64,000 bases of DNA from Eledone cirrhosa (Eukaryota): assembly GCA_964016885.1 (NCBI GenBank), contig OZ024740.1, positions 278,442,001 through 278,506,000 of the forward strand. The letters are read 5' to 3'. The notes under the pieces are model-generated. The model had not been told where the DNA came from. It searched no databases and worked only from the letters and a program-made list of their open reading frames with translations. Each line of letters opens with the position of its first letter. The stretch's first letter is position 1. The translations under genes were made by a program, and so were the position numbers. This document shows positions 13,195 to 25,761 of the stretch, one piece after another.

Positions 13195-16100
13195 GTGAAG
13201 ACTTGCAGTTGTCCACAGCTATGCATGGTCAACCTTGACAGAACGCATAGACAGGGACCCGGTTACTGGAAGCTCAACTTGTCCTTACCGGCAAGTAAAG
13301 CTTACAGGGACCGGATTAGCACTTTAGTTAAGGAGCGGTTGACGGGCGCCATCGTCAACAGCAGGTGGTGGAGATCTCTCAAAAGAGAGATTAGAGTAGT
13401 CTCTATAGAATTTAGTAAGGAGTTAGCCTCAAATAGAAATAGGAAGGAAAGGGAGTTGGTAGATAGTGTAGAAGAGGCAATTAGAAGCGGCGGCGTGGCC
13501 AGAGTGCTAGCGTCGAGAACGGCCCTGGGCCAGTTCTTCGACGCGAAACACGAAGGCTGCATCGTCAGAAGTAAAATAGTGCTCTGGGAAACGAGGAGGC
13601 CAAAGCTGTTAGCTGGGCCCGCGTGACAGAAGCCAAAAGAGGGAGTAGATCCACTATCCGGTCTTTGCGAGACCAGGATGGCCGGGTGATCCTTGAACCT
13701 AAGCAGGTGTGCGAGGCTTTTCAAAAGCACTTTGCCAGATTGTTCGGAAGGGGCAGGGAGCCGGTTGGGGAAGTGGACTTCGGTCCATACCTCGACGGCC
13801 TGCCGCGTCTCGGACAAAGAGGCGAAGTCCTGCGAGGAGCCGATTTCAGCCGCTGAGATAGAGTACGTGCTGAGCCAATGCGGCAAACGCAAATCCCCGG
13901 GTCTCGATGGTCTTCCATACGAACTATATCTAGCTATGCTGGACTTGTTCCCCGATCTCCTCGAGGCAGTCTACTGCAACTGGCAACAGAACGGGAGAAT
14001 TCCATGTGCTGTGACCAAGGGCGTAGTCACGTTGGTGAGGAAGGACGAGAACAAGGGGGACGATATAAGTAATTTCAGGCCCATAACTCTCCTAAATACA
14101 GAGTTACAGATTTTGGCCAAGGTGTTAGCAAAGAGGTTGGCGCTTGTCGTGGACAACCTGGTGGAAGATGCACAAACATGTGCTATCCCGTCCAGGTCCA
14201 TCCACGACAACCTCCACCTCATGCGATACATCATATAGAGGGTTGGGAGCGAACCCGGCTTTGGTGGGGCCCTGATCAACTTGGATCAATCTAAGGCGTT
14301 CGATAGGGTCGACCATGGTTACCTGGATGCGGTGCAAGCGGTGGCAGGTTTCGGAGGCTGGATCACTGCCATGCACAGCAGCCGCATCTGCTCTAGAATC
14401 AAGGTGAAAGGCTACCTCTCGGAGCCATTCGAAATCGCGCGATCCATCCGACAAGGGTGCCCTCTCTCCTCCCTTCTGTATGTAATGACTCTAGAGCCAC
14501 TGCTGCGGAAGTTAGAGTTGTTGCAGGGCATCCCGTTGGAACCGGGATTGCGGAAAGCGGTGTCGGCCTACGCCGATGACGTAACAGTAATGGTGTCGAC
14601 GGCCTCGGAAATCGGGGCGATCGGCACCTTACTGGAGGAGTACGAAAGGTTTACAGGGACTAAGCTGAACCGGGACAAGTCGATCGGTTTGCAACTCGGC
14701 ACGTGGAGGGGCAAATCGATGCCCTCCGATGGCGTCGTCGGGCGCTGGACGGAGGGCCCAGTGAAGTTGCTCGGGGTCTGGTCCGGACCAGACCTCCAAG
14801 TGGAGAAGAACTGGGGTGAAGTAACGAACAGTGTTTTTTCACTGACCCAGAAGTGGGTCGAGTGCAAACTGTCCCTGAAAGGTCGGGCGGAGGTGGCGAA
14901 CGCTTATATAGCGTCCGTCATCTACTACCGCCTGACCGTCGTGCATTGCCCAAGGGAAACGTTCGTCAAAATGGAGCGCGCACTCTTCTAATTCCTTTGG
15001 AAGAAGCGGGCTCCTATGGTAGGAGATCCATCTGCTGTCAACACCCTTCGAAAGGAGGGCTGGGGCTGCCGTGGCTGATGATGCGTAAACACGCATTAAG
15101 GCTACGGCACCTCCAGGTATTCCTCACCGGTCAACCGGTGTGGGCCCCGTTTGTGAGGCGAGCCTTTCCCAGGCTCGTCTCGCTCACCAAGCTGCAGTCC
15201 TGGGTCAAGCAAAGACTGAGAAAACTGGGCGCCTGGCACACCGAGTGTGCCCAGGCGCTCACGGCTCTCTGGCAGGCGGACCCGGCTGTCAGTGGAGAAT
15301 CCACCTCGTCATTCTATAGAGGGCTGGTGGTTAGCAGGTGCGGCGACGCCCTCGGAGAAGCCCTAGGCATGGAGGAAAACGAACTGGCCAACTTGTTCGG
15401 TAGGACATTCAGCCTGGGACCTATGGATAACTTCCAGAGGTCACTGGCCTGGAGTGCTACCGAGGGGCTCTGTCCGTTCGAGAAAAGCTCTACAGACAGG
15501 GGCGCCCGGGTAGGGACCCCTCGAAAAGGATCTGTCCCAGATGCGTGTGTGACGAGGAAACCGTTGCACACTCATTGGTATACTGCTCGGACATCGCTGA
15601 TCTGTGGGGCTATGTCGAACGACTGCTGTCACAGGTGGGACAGATCCGGTTGACCACCGAGTCTATTGTAACGATCAAGCCGCCTCCCTCTTCAAAAACG
15701 AAGGAGAGGCGGTGTTTCTGTGCGTAATAGCCATGGTGAAAGAGGTTGTATGGTGGACGCGTCTGAAAGGACTGAGGTCAGACACCTTTCTCTCTGGCCA
15801 ACAACTGGTCCGTTTCTTCCGATATCATTTCGGAAGAAGGATCAGGATAGAGAGAGAGGTGCTGCACCCCAGCCGTTTTTATGAAAGATGGGTGAAAGTG
15901 GCGAGAATGGCCCGTGTGAATGGGCCTTCACTCTACATCAGACTGTAGGTGAGAAAGATGACAGATCAAGGGATCACCCTCTCTCTGTGCTCCTGAGGAG
16001 AAGGGTTGCACACTTTTTCGGGGGGGGTGCGACCCCCCAAGGCGCCTCCTTCCTATTGAGAATTTTGTTATTCAAATTATTTTTGTTATATTTTATATTT

Positions 16101-16220
16101 TTATATTTTTATATTTTGTTATTGCCTCCTCCTTAGTGTGGACGCCTTTTTATGTAAACTCCCCCCCCCCCATTGTATTTGTCCCACTCTTTGACGCCTT
16201 GGTGGCAAATAAAAAGAAAG
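13195..16220 (+). mobile_element. 5'-truncated, decayed Tx1/L1-clade LINE (RT plus C-terminal CCHC), with frameshifts and stops
   Basis: GPGYWKLN, KSPGLDGLPYELY, NFRPITLLNTE..ILAKVLAKRL, DQSKAFDRVDH, RQGCPLS, AYADD, GGLGLP, CPRC..EETVAHSL..C. GC-rich; 3' end aataaaaagaaag next to TATC/TATT repeats. Confidence 0.93.
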
Positions 16221-16280
16221 TTATCTATTTATCTATTTATATATATTTATTTATCCCCTCCTTCTTTGTCTATCTATATA

Positions 16281-16455
16281 GGAGGGTCAGGTGAAAACTT
16301 CGTAGGCTGACCAAGATACTCTCATGGAATGACTAAATGAGGTTTATTTTTCAACATAGACCCTGGAAGGAAACAAGAAGAGTTGAAATTAATGCATGAA
16401 AGGTTTCACAGCTCTAGCATCATAGTCAGCCTATGAACTTTTCAGCCTACCCTCG
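16281..16455. mobile_element. Tc1/mariner-type MITE
   Basis: Imperfect TIRs ggagggtcaggtgaaaacttcgtaggctgac / gtcagcctatgaacttttcagcctaccctcg, with TA at the left flank. Confidence 0.65.
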
Positions 16456-17369
16456 TTACAATTACACCGTTCTCTTTCCTAATTTGGTTGTGTGTGTAGG
16501 GGATGGGTATTCGAGGTCGATAAAAAAGGTACCAGTCCAGTACTGGGGTCGATTCTGCCTCTATATCTTTTTCTCACTCCATTCTCGCACTTTCTCTCCT
16601 TCGCTGGAAGAAATCTGCTGTATTCATGCCTAGAGAGGAGATGGATTCCGCTCGGTTTTAAAATGCCCTAAGAATCACCGTATATCAATATGGCACTCCT
16701 ACAACTCCATCAAGAGTTACAGGACCATGCATGCATGTAGGGGTGGGCGGGTGTGTATGTGTATGCGTTGGACCTCCATCAATTCCGATGAGGAGTGTGA
16801 TCCAGTTGTGACTGAACATTCAACAAACACAGGGCCATTGAAGTAGCTCCCATTCAGAGATTCGGCATGTCACACTGAGTAACATGGCTGGCACTAGAAT
16901 TACAAATGCAACACATTTTTGCTAGCTGAATAGACTGGTGCAACGTGAAATACACTGTCTTGTCAAAGGATACAATGCGGTGATGAGAATGGAACTCATG
17001 GCCTTATGTTTGCGAGCTCAACACTGTAACCGTTAAGCCAGGTGCCTTCGCAATTTGACTATATGAGCATACTAAATGACTGATTACAAAGAAATAATCC
17101 TATAGCATAAACCGTATATCTACTTTCTCTCTTTCTCTCCCTCTCTCTCTCTCTATAAATATATATATATATATATATGTAGATAAATCTACCAAGAGTT
17201 TACGGTAGTGTCCAATCCGTATGAAGAACTCAATGTATTCCGGATATCATGGAAAGAAGAGATGTAATGAAAAACCACTTTCGGTGAAAGATAAACGGTA
17301 TACAGAGTCAAGATAAAATATTAAACAAATAATGAATAAACAATTCCTTATATTAAACAAAAAAAGTTC

Positions 17370-17401
<32 letters not shown>

Positions 17402-17882
17402 TTATATATATATATAATACATTATAAAGAAAGAAGAAATATTAGACATAAATAAATACCCATTTTTTCTTCAAATTCCCGACTGTACAGTTTCGTGGCT
17501 ACTATACAAAACTCCTATATCATAGAGATGTAATATTTTTGTGAGGTTTGCCGACTTTTCAAGGGAATACCTCATGGAAAAATTTCAAAACAGGCCTGCA
17601 TCGCGCGAAAGAATCTCGAAAAGGCGGAGGGAGACCCCCATCACGCGATACAGTGGTCAAGAAATGGGGCTAAATCCCTTGTAGCAATGAAAAATATCAC
17701 AGAAGGTGGAGGGGATATTAATACGATGCAGAGGCTACAGAAGGGGGGGGGGGGGGTAAGGAAGACTAGAAGTGTATATAGTATTAGCTTGAAAGCAGTC
17801 ACTATACTTCCGTGGTTACTCTACCGTGAGGGAGTTATAGACAATGATGAGAGGTACATAGATATATGTGTATACATACATA

Positions 17883-18240
17883 TGGTGGCTGCCAACTCGT
17901 TTTCGAGTACCCCACTACTTTATATCCATGTAGGAGAACCCCTACCGATGCGCTGAACGATTGTGACGTTTTAGTCCAGCCAGCGACTTGAAAACTCTGG
18001 TACAAACACTACACTTGTGACAATTATTGACACATAGTGGGCCCATGGTACCATGTGACGACAAGTGCAGAGAGGTCTCCAGATATAAAGCAATGCCTGT
18101 GCCGTGAAGCTTTTATAGTGAGCAAAGGCACTGCACAAAGCCAGTCCCACTCTCTTAACCAAGATGATATTTACCAAAAAGAAGAACAAGTCAACATCAT
18201 TGGATACCATCAGGGTTGCAGGTGTTATATCAGAGTTTTC
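17883..18240 (+). mobile_element. Repeat segment that follows TACA repeats, probably the 5' end of the R4/Dong-like LINE (second copy at 43724-43910)
   Basis: ggtggctgccaactcgttttcgagtac...gagaggtctccagata is near-identical to 43724-43910, which abuts R4-like endonuclease fragments. Confidence 0.5.
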
Positions 18241-18535
18241 CTTCTCCTAGAATTCTGCCTTGACAAAGGCTAAGGGGTCATCTCTCCCTACATACATATA
18301 CATGCATATATACACATACATTTTTCACAAGTATGTGAGATTGTGTGTTGTCGACCTTAACCAGTGTTGCTCTATGACTATGAGAGACAAGATAATCGGA
18401 ATAATTAAATGAAAAAATCACAGAAGGCGGAGGGGATATTAATACGATGCACTGTATCGCGTGATGGGGTCTTCCTCCGCCTTTTCGAGATTCTTTCGCG
18501 CGATGCAGACCTATTTTGAAATTTTTCCATGAGGT

Positions 18536-18629
18536 ATTCCCTTGAAAAGTCGGCAAACCTCACAAAAATATTACATCTCTATGATATAGGATTTTTGTAC
18601 AGTAGCCACGAAACTGTACAGTCGGGAAT
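18536..18629 (+). ncRNA. Type I hammerhead with U3-A8 variant core (inverted copy at 17475-17568, minus strand)
   Basis: attccc TTGAAAA gtcggc...gccac GAAA ctgtacag TC gggaat. The core is identical in both copies. Confidence 0.75.
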
Positions 18630-19123
18630 TTGAAGAAAAAATGGGTATTTATTTATGTCTAATATTTCTTCTTTCTTTATAATGTATTACATAGCTCTGA
18701 TATAGAGTCAATTTAATTATTCCGATTATCTTGTCTCTCATCGTCATAGAGCAACACTGGTTAAGGCTGACATCACACAATCTCACATACTTGTGACAAA
18801 GGTATGTGTATATATGCATGTATATGTATGTATACACATATATATGTGTACCTCTCATTATTGTTTATATTATATATATTTATATTATATATATATATAT
18901 ATCATATATATATATATATATATATATATCATATATATATATATATATATCATATATATATATATATATATATCATATATATATATATATATCATATATA
19001 TATATATATATATATCATATATATATATATATATATATCATATATATATATATATATATATCATATATATATATATATATATATCATATATATATATATA
19101 TATCATATATATATATATATATC

Positions 19124-19207
<84 letters not shown>

Positions 19208-20944
19208 GTGTGTATGTAAAAATGTAAAAGGTAAATGTGTTTGTGTATGTATGTGTATTCACATATATGCAAGCAAATATATTTATACATACATACAGAG
19301 AACGAGTGAGCGGAAGAGAACCAATATATACACCTATACATATATACAATCGTGTCTTTGTGAGTATGTTTTGTTAAAGTATAAGCATATGTAAAGTATC
19401 AGGATAATATCATAGTATTTTCATCTCTTTCTCATTCCTGTTGGTAATTGAAAATTTACATTACCTAGTCTGTTTTTCATATTGGCAAAACCTCAAGAAA
19501 TTTCAATCAAATTTTGCAGCTGGAAAAATTTATTTTGCTCACATGCTACCCTGTTTGTGCACTTGTTGTCGTTGTTGTTGTTGTTGTTGACACTGGTGCC
19601 AAATTATATCGGTCGTTGCTTTACTCTCTTGGAGAACAGAGGTGATGTAAAGAAGGAAGATTTGCATACATGGGTATCTGCTGGCCTTTCATATACAGAA
19701 CTGTACCCAGGCTTGCGTATAGGAGATGAATTTGTGCACAGCAATGGTCTCTCAAGACACAGTGAAGTTCTAGAAGTGTGTTTTTCAAGCATTGAAAATT
19801 TCTGTATGAATTTTGATTAATGGTGGTATGTTTGCTAGTCACATTCTTCATCCCTAATCCCTTCTCAATGCAGACCGAAAACTAATTTAGAAGTCAAGAG
19901 GGGTGATGGATCCATAACCCTAGTAAGGCCCATTTCATGTAGCGTCAGCGTAAGCAAGCTGAGCTTGAGATTCAAATCACTTAATTTTCAAAGAAACATT
20001 AAATAACTAATTCTAGTATTGAGATACCGATTATTTAAGTCGTTTCACTCTTTTTGAAATGTCTCTTCATGGCTAACTGTATCTCCGATATCGAAATCCT
20101 TCAGTTTGTTTTTTTATCAAAGCATCAGAATTATGAAGTGAGAAATTCTAATTGGCTGATCTCTTCATTGAGTGAATAGTGTGGTTCTTTGTTTTTGGGG
20201 CCTCCTTTTATTTTGCAAGAAAATAGGGGTATGTGTATATCTAAAATAACATTTTACTCCTAAAGGCTGAATGCTGAGGGCCCCTCTCTTTGAAAGATTA
20301 ATTACGGCACTTATTAATAAATCTTTAAAATCTTTTAACAGCGAGCGAGCGGTTTGAAATTTTACTAGAAATAGGAGCTTTCGCTGTATTTTTGACTAAA
20401 GAAATTTTAACCTGATAGTGGGGTTTAAAACCCCCTAAACATGGAAAAGGATGAGTATTGACGTACACCCCACTATCAGGCTAAAATTTCTTTAGTTAAA
20501 AATACGGCAAAAGCTTCTAATTCTACTAAAATTTTAACAAACTTTTAACAATATAGATGTTATAAAAAAAAATGGAAAACAGAAACTTACAGAACCGAGG
20601 TGATCAAGTGTGAAGTAAGCAACAGCAGTAATGATAATAATGGTTTCTGGGTAAGACACAAAGACAACAATTTGGAGGCGAGGGGTAAGTTGATTAACTC
20701 GACCCCAGTACGTTACTGGTGCTATTGTCCGCCGGGAATGTGGGGAAGCCAGCACGTGGGACCCCATTTGCTTACCATATGGAGAGATGGGGAGGGCGAG
20801 AGAGATGGAGGCGATGACAGTGGGAGTTCGGCTCTTCTACGTTCGGACCATATCCTTGTGGTAGTGTTCATCAAGCACTAGTGCAGTAAGGAAACAATAC
20901 CAACCAACCTGGCGAACTCTATCACTACAGTACTAATAATCCCC

Positions 20945-21095
20945 ATTGCTACATATATTCGTTTATCAACCCCGTAAGGATGAAAGGCAAAGTTAACCTC
21001 GGCAGGATTTGAACTCAGATCATAAAGGGCCCTAACTCTATGCTGCAAAGCATGTCGTCCGACCCTCTACCGTTACTGTGAATCCACCGCCCTTT
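20945..21095 (-). mobile_element. tRNA-derived SINE (Meta-domain-like)
   Basis: Reverse complement of gagttcaaatcc (B box) and gcctttcatccttacggggt; 16-bp head triplication at 21080-21140. Confidence 0.8.
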
Positions 21096-21786
21096 GCCAA
21101 TCCACCGCCCTTTGCCAATCCACCGCCCTTGCCAATCCACCAATAACAATGATAATAATAATGCTAGTAGTAGTAGTAGTAGTAGTAGTAGTAAATATCT
21201 AATATATGTGTGTATGTGTGAGCTTGTGTGCGTGAGTGTGTATGTTATGTGTGTGTTATGTATATGTGCATTAAAGATTATTTAATTCATAAATAAAATA
21301 GTTGCTTTATTCATTCGTTCATTTCTTTCATTTCTCCATAAGGTATTCTCTTTTTTTTTTCTTTTTCTTTTTTTAATTTATAATTCTGTCTTGATAATAG
21401 CAATTCCATGAGCGTCAGGAAAACTTTATAGAAAAGCCATCATATTTGTATAATAGATAACATACTTCAACTCAAGTAGCTTTTCAAAGTAATAAATGAA
21501 TACGTAATTGATATTAACCCACAACGTATTCATAGAAATATCCACAAGGAAAGGCAAGTGGAATTATTAAGTCATTGATATGTTCAGAATTGTTTGAAAA
21601 GTTACAATTAAAAAAAGAAAGAGGAACTACAAAAATGAAAATAAATATATATTTTTTTTTATTTTAGATATATTTCATATATATAGATAGATATATAGAT
21701 ATAAATATATGTGTATGTAATATATATATATATATATAGAATAAGGAAAAGCGAAGTAATTTCAGATGTTCAAGTCCTTTAATAAT

Positions 21787-21975
21787 AATTGTTTCTACTT
21801 TAGGCACAAGGCCAGCAAATACCCAGTGCATTACTGGTACTTTATTTTATCGACCCCGTAAGGATGAAAGGCAAAGTCAACCTCGGCGGGATTTGAACTC
21901 AGATCGTAATGGGACGTAACTATGCTGGAAAGTATGGCGTCCGACCCTCTACCGATACTGCCAATCCACCGCCCT
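21787..21975 (-). mobile_element. tRNA-derived SINE (Meta-domain-like)
   Basis: Full copy with A-box tggcagtatcggt, B-box gagttcaaatccc and an (ATT)n tail. Confidence 0.85.
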
Positions 21976-23075
21976 TTAATAATAATGCTGTGATATATAT
22001 TTCAATGGCGACAGTGGCCACACTGTTCCGTGCACCAGTGTCGTGACATCGTCAGACAGCTTGTTACATAATAAGGTTATGTTTCCGAGGCAATCCAAAT
22101 TGAATCGACATGGGAACGGACGAAGTGTGTGCTCTCGGGTTCTTCGTCCGTTCCCTTGTGAGTACCAATACACCCCCACTGGTCTACGCAGGCGCAGGTC
22201 CGAAGGAAGTTGACCATTAGCTATCGCAGAGTTCAACGAAATTCACCTAGGCAGTTCCCCCCTCTCAACCAAACAACCTATTCAGGCCTGTAATCTATAG
22301 CTTACTGCTAGCCACCCCGTCAGTGGCAGTCAGCTGAAAGTGGGGTTGGGAGAGTGTGAGTATCAATAAGTCTCAATACCACCCCACATTAAGCATGGAC
22401 AGTATAATTGACCATCAAGCTCTAAGAGAAAATATACTTAATTCTAGGTATTATGGTTTCACAGTGGAAATTATGAATGAGAGTTGGAAATTAAAACTAA
22501 AAATTAAAAATCGAAAATCAGAAAACAAGAATTAAAAATTTAAAAAATTTACAAGTGAGAATCTAGATTGAAGTGAGTAAAAAAATATGTGCACCTATAC
22601 TATCTACTACGTAGGGAGATGTTAAAGTAAGAAGTTTGGAAAGGCGTATTAATGTTACAGATATATTATCTACGTACTGAACGATAGTACCGTACAGTAG
22701 AACGGAGGGTTAATTACAGTATGAAAGGTAGTAGTTAGGCGGGTACATAGTTAGAATGTCCATCACATGGAACGAAACCAAAAAAAAACACAGATATAAA
22801 ATACACAAAAAATATCCAATAAATACAAAAAATACATACAGTACATATATGCAAAATGAGATAGGAGATACATGATTAATATGATTGTCAATTTGTCCAT
22901 ATATAGATTGAATTGAGGGGGCTCCTATTCAAATGCAATTTGGTGCAGGAAAATAGGGGTTTATCGTTGTTTTTGTTTCCTCGTATTTATCCTGCCGAAA
23001 GTTAGTTTTATGTCCGTGCAGTATCAGGGATTTCCATATATATATATAATGTGTGTGTGTGTGTGTATGTGTGTG

Positions 23076-23170
<95 letters not shown>

Positions 23171-23425
23171 GGGAGAAGAAGAAGAATGAAAAAACAAAAG
23201 CTTCTAAGAATACAACATAGAAAGAAAAGCTGCGACAATGGTGGCACCGGATCTTTGGATTTCGTTAACATTTGACCAATCGTTGTGTCTGAATTTCTTT
23301 TAGAAGTTAAGGTGTTACATCATATATCTGACTCTTGCACATGCTGATATTTGAATGTTGAAAACAGTCGCCTGGAATAACATTTTTCATTCACCTGCGG
23401 ACATTTACACACACACACTCTCTCG

Positions 23426-23458
<33 letters not shown>

Positions 23459-23482
23459 GCTCACACACATACACGCGCACAC

Positions 23483-23523
<41 letters not shown>

Positions 23524-23556
23524 CACACACACACACACACATACACACACACACAC

Positions 23557-23607
<51 letters not shown>

Positions 23608-23608
23608 T

Positions 23609-23702
23609 TGGAACTCTTTTAACCATCTTTTGATCTTATATTATATTTAACCATCTTTTGATCTTATATTATATATAACCATCTTTTGATCTTATATTAT
23701 AT
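23609..23702 (+). repeat. Three tandem copies of the 3' terminus of the PLE at 25762-28978, within (TA)n
   Basis: taaccatcttttgatcttatattata x3, identical to 28956-28981. Confidence 0.8.
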
Positions 23703-24027
23703 ATATATATATATATATACGCGTATATATATATATATCTATATATATACATATATAAATTTAGCGAGAATCGTATTTCGGCGGGTAGAAATTAGCGAAA
23801 CGCAACTTCCATATTGTGCAGACAAGCGCTCCATGGATATGAAGAAGATACCAGAGCTATAAACATAAGTTAAAATGGTCATACACGCTGAGACGATGGT
23901 TATATATATATATAATTGGTGTGGGATGCTTAACGCGTCGGTAAGCGTTTGAGCACTCGATGCTCTTACAGAGTATGATATCACATAAGAAACGGAGAAT
24001 CAGTGTTGCGACGAATAAAATTTATTA

Positions 24028-24122
24028 GACATATTACAATCATTTCTCTAGCGACCAGCTCGAGGCACGATTGATGTAATGATCGAACCTGACTCTGAAA
24101 TCGCAAGGTCGTCAGATACGTC
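24028..24122 (-). ncRNA. Type I hammerhead (same family as 34329-34424)
   Basis: gacgtat CTGACGA ccttgcga..tcgctaga GAAA tgattg TA atatgtc. Confidence 0.7.
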
Positions 24123-24159
24123 TCGATTCTACGAAGCAGAGTTTCCAAATATTTTACTT

Positions 24160-24190
<31 letters not shown>

Positions 24191-24233
24191 CGATATATTA
24201 ACAAATGGAAACTATATTTATAAAACCATATTT

Positions 24234-24296
24234 ATTTCATTATACATATTTCAAGGACACCAAGTTAAATTATGGTGTACTTTCGTCAGATAAAAT
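24234..24296 (-). ncRNA. Type I minimal hammerhead
   Basis: attttat CTGACGA aagtacacca..tggtgtcctt GAAA tatgta TA atgaaat. Confidence 0.8.
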
Positions 24297-24661
24297 ATAA
24301 TATAGATCAGTTTTATAAATAAATATTGACATACCCTTAAAGAATGCGACCATTTCTGTTGGAAGCTCCCGGATAGTGGGGTTATTAAATTTATTTATTC
24401 TATTATGCAAATTAGTGTCGGATATGTTTAAATCACAGTAGATTTAAAATAAGAAAGGGAAAGAAAAGAAAGAGAAAAAAAGAGAAAAAAGAGCAAACTC
24501 TAAGAGGAAAATAAGAAAACAAGAAAAAGAGAAAGATAAAAAGAAGAAAAAAAGAAAAGAGAAAGAGAAAGAGAAAGCCCTAAGTGATAGGTTGTTGTAT
24601 TAGCGTAACTTTTGAGATGAAGTGAAAAAATAAATATTTATTGGATCAGTTAAGAAGAGTA

Positions 24662-24701
<40 letters not shown>

Positions 24702-24780
24702 AAAGTTTTATTTAAAATTGTTGGGTTACAAGTAAATATTTTATAACTGATATAAAGCACTCAACAAGTTTTGGAGTAGA

Positions 24781-25153
24781 TATACGATATTAAACAAATG
24801 GAAACTATATTTATAAAACCATATTTATTTCATTATACATATTTCGGGGATACCATATTAAAAATATGGCATGCCTTCTTCAGATAAAATACAATATATA
24901 AACAGTTTTATAAATAATTTTGACGTACCATAAATATTGATCAACTTTTATGTAAGAAGTTGGTTTGGTACCAAACCAACTTCTTGCATAAAAGTTGATC
25001 AATATTTATGGTACGTCAAAATTATTTATAAAACTGTTTATATATTGTATTTTATCTGAAGAAGGCATGCCATATTTTTAATATGGTATCCCCGAAATAT
25101 GTATAATGAAATAAATATGGTTTTATAAATATAGTTTCCATTTGTTTAATATC

Positions 25154-25158
<5 letters not shown>
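24781..25158. repeat. ~380-bp spacerless palindrome with a hammerhead in each arm (24827-24890 minus; 25049-25112 plus)
   Basis: Centre GGTACC at 24967-24972; only one mismatch seen. Each arm reads attttat CTGAAGA aggcatgccatatt..aatatggtatcccc GAAA tatgta TA atgaaat. Confidence 0.9.
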
Positions 25159-25230
<72 letters not shown>

Positions 25231-25545
25231 AAAATATTTTCGAAACAGCGAGTGGGTTTGAAATTATTAGAAATGTAAGCAATCGCCGTATTTTGACTAA
25301 TGAAATTATTTAGCCTGATAGTGGGGTTAAGAACCCTCGGAGAAATGGAAAAAGATGAGTATTGACGTAGATGATGATCATCATCATAATGATTATGTTG
25401 GGGATAATTACAATCACAAATATCTGAGTCTATATCTATAAAAATATATATATATTTATATATATATATATATATATAAGTTTATATATATAAGTTTTAA
25501 TAAAGATGAGATTCTACAGGACTAGAACTCTTTAGAAATCATCAG

Positions 25546-25598
25546 GGGATTCCTGATGATTTCTAAAGAATGAAACAGTTTTAGTCCTGTAGAATCTC
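25546..25598 (+). ncRNA. Type I hammerhead in the right arm of palindrome 25492-25613
   Basis: gggattc CTGATGA tttctaaagaat GAAA cagttttagtcctg TA gaatctc. The left arm lacks the GAAA segment. Confidence 0.7.
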
Positions 25599-25682
25599 AT
25601 CTATATTAAAACTTTTATACTTTCCTATGTATTGAGTACCTTACTTACTGTGGTTACCTCCGATTCAACCCGGAATAACTTA

Positions 25683-25732
<50 letters not shown>

Positions 25733-25761
25733 TAAGTTATTCCGGGTTGAATCGGAGGTAA

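Larger units (their letters stand above)
17415..18840. mobile_element. Nested inverted PLE-type 3' ends (17415-17730 vs 18410-18690; 18290-18410 vs 18710-18840)
   Basis: Two pairs of inverted repeats. Both arms of the first pair carry a hammerhead. TA flanks. Confidence 0.7.

Noticed and set aside
13302-14867. Minus-strand ORFs overlapping the LINE (also plus-strand ORFs at 52860 and 53626 over the transposase)
   Set aside because: They are antisense shadows of coding sequence with no motifs of their own.
19482-19900. Unique-looking sequence with short ORFs on both strands
   Set aside because: No domain or splice structure can be supported without RNA data or homology.
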